A stretch of DNA of 64,000 nt from positions 99,758,001 through 99,822,000 of the forward strand of contig CM059430.1 in NCBI GenBank assembly GCA_030390025.1. The letters run 5' to 3'. The DNA comes from Squalus acanthias. Lineage: Eukaryota. Under the pieces are notes generated by a model. The model was given only the letters and a program-made list of their open reading frames with translations, was not told the origin of the DNA and made no database searches. The position numbers were made by a program, and so were the translations under genes. Below are positions 59,868-64,000 of the stretch, one piece after another (position 1 is the stretch's first letter; the number at the start of each line of letters is the position of its first letter).

Positions 59868-60870
59868 GTGAGTTCAAGGCCCACTCCACAGACTTTGGGT
59901 GGAAAAGTTGGGTCACGCCCCCTTTGGGGTGCTAATTTTGTCGGGGTGCTACTTTTAGCACCCCAAAAAAGTTATCACCCCCACACCGGAAATTGAATGG
60001 TAGCGCCCCAAGCATGAGGCGGGGCGCTACTGGAAGCGCTCCCCCTCCCTCTTGGGGCGCTCCCATTGAATATCGTGGCGGTACGTGCAACGTCGGCACG
60101 TAGTGCCGCGGTATTACAGGCCTCCCTCCCCTGATTAAAGGGGAGGGGCCTAGCGCAGCGCGCACCGGGGCCCTGCTGGACCACCGATCGCAGCCGGCGC
60201 CCCGCAGGAGGAGGCGAAAGGGGGCAGGTGCTGGCAGGCGGCCCTGAAAAAATGGCCACCCGGCACTTGCCCTTTAATTTGCGCCGCCGCGGCCACAAAC
60301 ACAACACCCTTACCCTGTCAGATATAGCGTCTGGCGGTAGGTCAGGGGGCGTGAGCGAAGTTTGTGAGTGGGGCGCTGCACGCAGCGATGACGTCATCGG
60401 CGGAGGCGCAACGCCGCAGGCCGCTACCAGCTACCGTCACCGCTAACCTCCCGCTGAATTTCATGGGCGCCGTTAGCAGCGCCGTGCCTGGGCTCTAGGT
60501 GCTTTGCGTCCCGTTAGTACCCCCTCGCTACGGGAGGCGCAAAGCAGCCCAATTTTTCCTCCTGAAGCACAGAATCTAGGCTGACACTCCAGTACAGTAC
60601 TGAGGGAGTGCTGCACTGTCGGAAGTACCATCCTTCGGATGAGAGTCTACTCTCTGAAGTGGACTTAAAAGATCCCACAGCATTATTCAAAGATGAGGTG
60701 GGGAGTTGTTCGCAGGCCAATATTTATCCCTCAACCAACATATCTGGTCATTATCATTATGCTGTTTCCGGGAGCTTGCTGTGCACAAATTGGCTGCCAT
60801 GTTCCCTACATTGCAACAGGGATTACACTTCAAAAGTACTTCAGTCGATGTAAAGTGCTGTATAAATGGA
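59815..60870 (+). mobile_element. Full-length Deu-domain SINE split by a GC-rich MITE
   Basis: Head 59815-59896 (TGGCTCAGTGGGTAGC..GTTCAAGGCCCACTCCACAGACT); the body resumes at about 60563 (AGCACAGAATCTAGGCTGACACTCCAG..). Confidence 0.88.
59897..60562. mobile_element. GC/CpG-rich MITE (second Harbinger-like family)
   Basis: Imperfect TIRs GGTGGAAAAGTTGGG / CCCAATTTTTCCTCC; cleanly interrupts a SINE; its right end is homologous (inverted) to 63876-64000. TSD not cleanly resolved. Confidence 0.75.
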
Positions 60871-63209
60871 GGTCTGTCTTACAGGTGTGTTTTTAATGAT
60901 CTGCTTTTTGAAGAGCTTTTCTGGCACAGATTCTGAGCATTACTAAAAGTGCTGAGGGGATATGAGGGGTTGAGGAAAAGCAGAAATAATAGCCAAGGAG
61001 ATCAAGAAGCAAAGGAATGTTAAGCAGGTCGAGAGCAGGAATCAAGAAGCACACGAGAAGTCATTATAAATAAATAGTAAATAAAATTGCCTAGGCAAAC
61101 CTTCTTGTTCAGATAATTACGTTGCTATTATTGGATTGGATTTCGGAGTACTTACAGCAAATCTAATGTTAATTTCAAGTAACACAGACGTTCAGACCAG
61201 GACCGCTGAACTAGCGCTAAATCATAGCCGGTTCAGTGCAGTCATGTTCCGTGGAAATCAATCCATCTCCAACTGGATTCAGACTCCCAAAACTCATTTC
61301 ACTTAACACCTTTATCAGCCATCATAGAAAAGCAGGCCTCATCCAGGCTGGAATCAAACCTGAGTCTCAGAGGTAGAAACACGAGTGCTTCAGAATAGCG
61401 CAGTAATGCACTGTTCCCACCCCATTGCCAATGCGTGCAGCACAGCATACTCAAATATCAATAGGCAGGGGTTTGAATAAGTGCTTCTCAAGTCCCCCAA
61501 GACGGACGAATTATGGGAAATGAGGGCCAAGCTAAAACATAGGTCCTTTCTCTAGAACGAGCCTCAGCATTTCATTTAAAAGCCTGCCTACTGCAAGCAT
61601 TTTTGGTAGTTTTTGTGCAGCAGTTAAATTAATCGTTTTTTTTAAATCCCTTTGATGGATGAGGACTAAGTCAAAATGTTAGATTCTCAATGCAGGAGCC
61701 ACTCAGCATTTTATTTGAAGTACTGTCAGTATGATTTCTTATTTTAAAAAATACATATGATCTTATGGAACAAATTTGAAGGCCTTACGGGATAGACCCT
61801 GCTTGTGATACTAGAGGATTTTTATTACGGTCTCAGAATTAATAGGCTCCTTAGTAAAGCACATGCAAATAACACTGGGGTGAATAAGGATTACAAAAAT
61901 AAAACTTTTTATTTAAAAAGAAAAATAGAACTGTGGTGCATCAGTTTAGAGCCTCCTTTAAAAAGCAGATATAAAGAATTATGATTAATCTTGTTTTTGT
62001 TCAAAGTGAACACTGATATCATCAGGAGACCTGGGACCAGGGAGGAATCAGATATTGAATCTAACAGTGTGAGGGAAGTGAATCAACAAACGGTTGAGGT
62101 GATGAGATTGTAGCATGTCAGGCTAATGACTGCCCTTCTGTAAAATCAGCTTCCTCACACTGTCAGGTTCAGTAATTCTCCTGCCCCTGTTCACCTGGTG
62201 TGGTGATCAAGGCCAGTAAATGTGCGGTTTTCATGGAACGAAGGAAGCAATCATGGAATTCTATCCCCAAAACACATCTTAAAAATCCCAGAATCCCATC
62301 TAATAAAACTCATTTAGTTACTGTAAATCAATAGCCTTGATTGTTATTCATTTTTGTCTCCGTAATTCTTTGATTTTTTTGTGTAAAATTACATGCGATA
62401 CAATCTTTAGATCACAGAAAGAACACAGAGTCCTAATTCTTCATTCAATTTACAGTTAACAATGTGTTCAATAAGACTAAACAAAAGCTGTTCGCTGTAT
62501 TGTACAATATTGGTTTGATATGAACAATTTCTTGTATATTTTTGCAGGGGTGGTCTTGCAGAAAATGAATGTCCTTTGAACTTTTGACAGGGTTTCTGTT
62601 TCCTAAAGGTTAATCAGGTAGCATCAGCAACATTTTAGATCATTTGCAAATGCAGACGCTACCAGCTCGAATCCTGGGAAATACAAGGCCTGGCAGACAT
62701 TTTGTTACGAACGATCTCAACCATGATATGGTGCCCGGGGTATTTTAAATACTGTTCAATGGTCACCAGGTCGGAGGATGTCTGTGACCTGGCACAGCAG
62801 GAAATGGCAGATTGATTAATGTAAAACATGAAAAAAAATGGTGTTTTGAGAGCTGAATTGCTTGAACATCTTGCTCTGGAGACTGCAGCAATTACAGCGG
62901 TCAATAGACTTCGTATTGTGAGCATAAATCACCTTGGTGGAGCCATTTCTTATTTTAGATACGTTATTATTATATTGCGTAGGGTATGGCACAGCCTGTG
63001 CTGAGTGTAGTGCCATGGAGCAGGGTGACACAGCTTTGGTTTCCCATTCCACTCAGCTCCTGATCTGAGCTGCTCTGAATGGGGAGGCCTGGGGGGGGGG
63101 TGGGTGCAGTTCCTGAGGGGTGGGGGAAAGAGGGGTGAAAATCAGCCAGGGATGTTTGACCTTGGTGATGCTTTGCCCCTTCCTAATGGGCAGTCATATT
63201 GAGCATTGG

Positions 63210-63590
63210 CAACATTTTTGTTTCCATTCTCAGGATGTAGAAGCCGCTGGCAAGACCGGCATTTATTGCCTGTCACTATACGGCTGAGTGGCTTGCCAAG
63301 CCAGTTCAGAGGGCAGTTTAAGAGTCAACCACATCCTATGACTATTGGTGTGGCTCTGGACTCAAGTATAGGCCAGATGCGAAGTTTCTTTTCCTAATGG
63401 ACATTAGTGAACCAGTTAGCTATTTACAACAATCCGACAGCTTCACTCTTACTGATTTTAATTTCCAGATTTTTTTGTTTTAAAACTGAATTTAAATTCT
63501 TCAACTGCCGTGATTTAAACTCATTCTCCGGATTATTAGTCTAGGCCTCTGGGTTACTAGTGTATTAACAATAACCGCACTACCATACCC
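63210..63590 (-). mobile_element. tRNA-headed SINE with CR1-type tail
   Basis: CATTCTCAGGATGT..CGCTGGCAAGACCGGCATTTATTGCC matches the LINE 3' end at 25372-25420; the head (reverse complement GGGTATGGTAGTG..ACTAGTAACCCAGAGGCC) matches 37460-37510. Confidence 0.75.
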
Positions 63591-63875
63591 AGTCTGTAAA
63601 CCGGTCTCATGCCAACCATCCCATCAGCAACAGACGTTAATGAAACTGGACATAAATGACATATTAATGTAACATTGAGATGTTTACCAAGTTAAGTACT
63701 TGTAGCAGCCAGACATTTTAAATGTACCAGTGGGGGTATGGAAAGGAATTGCTGATGATATCTGCACAGACTGCATGAGTGTGTCATTCTATCTAGAGAC
63801 AGCCCTGTGCAACTATTTGACTAGAGTGCCCATTTTCAAATGGAAGCTAATATGTGCGTCTCTGTGTGAGACTAT

Positions 63876-64000
63876 GGGCTAGAAATTCGGCTCCTTTGTG
63901 CCTGCCGTTAGTGTCTCCAGGGGGCGCTAACGGGGCGCAACGGGCTTATCGTCCAGGGGGGCGAAAAAAGCGTCTCCAAAGAAATTCAGCGGGCGTTGCT
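63876..64000. mobile_element. Start of another GC-rich MITE (family of 59897-60562), truncated by the window edge
   Basis: GGGCTAGAAATTCGGCTCCTTTGTGCCTGCCGTTAG..GGGGGCGCTAACGGGGCGCAA..GAAATTCAGCGGG aligns with the reverse complement of 60450-60562. Confidence 0.7.

Larger units (their letters stand above)
4742..64000 (+). other. pcdh19: pcdh19 intron following the large exon (extends beyond the window)
   Basis: Canonical GTGAGT donor. The expected next small exon ([20 protein letters not shown]-like) was not found by eye, and the region is repeat-rich. Confidence 0.7.

Overview
Eukaryotic, vertebrate DNA. The repeat landscape (Deu-domain tRNA-SINEs, CR1/L2 LINEs, a Penelope-type fragment, GC-rich MITEs) points to a cartilaginous fish; this is an inference. 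The only supportable host gene is protocadherin-19 (pcdh19). One giant first coding exon (2252/2285-4741, +) encodes the signal peptide, six cadherin repeats, the TM helix and the proximal cytoplasmic tail. It ends at a canonical GAG|GTGAGT donor. I found no downstream exon, so the remaining ~59 kb appears to be intron, densely filled with nested transposon relics and two minisatellites. Most notable observations: (1) a U6 snRNA fragment split by an antisense L2 LINE exactly after A43 in the ACAGAGA box; (2) the pcdh19 exon runs uninterrupted across the site where mammals have introns 1-2 and the alternative exon 2, i.e. a PCDH17-like architecture; (3) a TSD-flanked Penelope-type insertion carrying a minimal hammerhead ribozyme; (4) Harbinger-like MITEs with 3-bp TSDs and promoter motifs, plus a decayed Myb/SANT ORF; (5) a long-TIR element whose inner TIR end has expanded into a 22-bp minisatellite; (6) two SINE-LINE tail-sharing pairs. 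Family names come from my recall of consensus sequences, not from database searches. Boundaries of old repeats are approximate.
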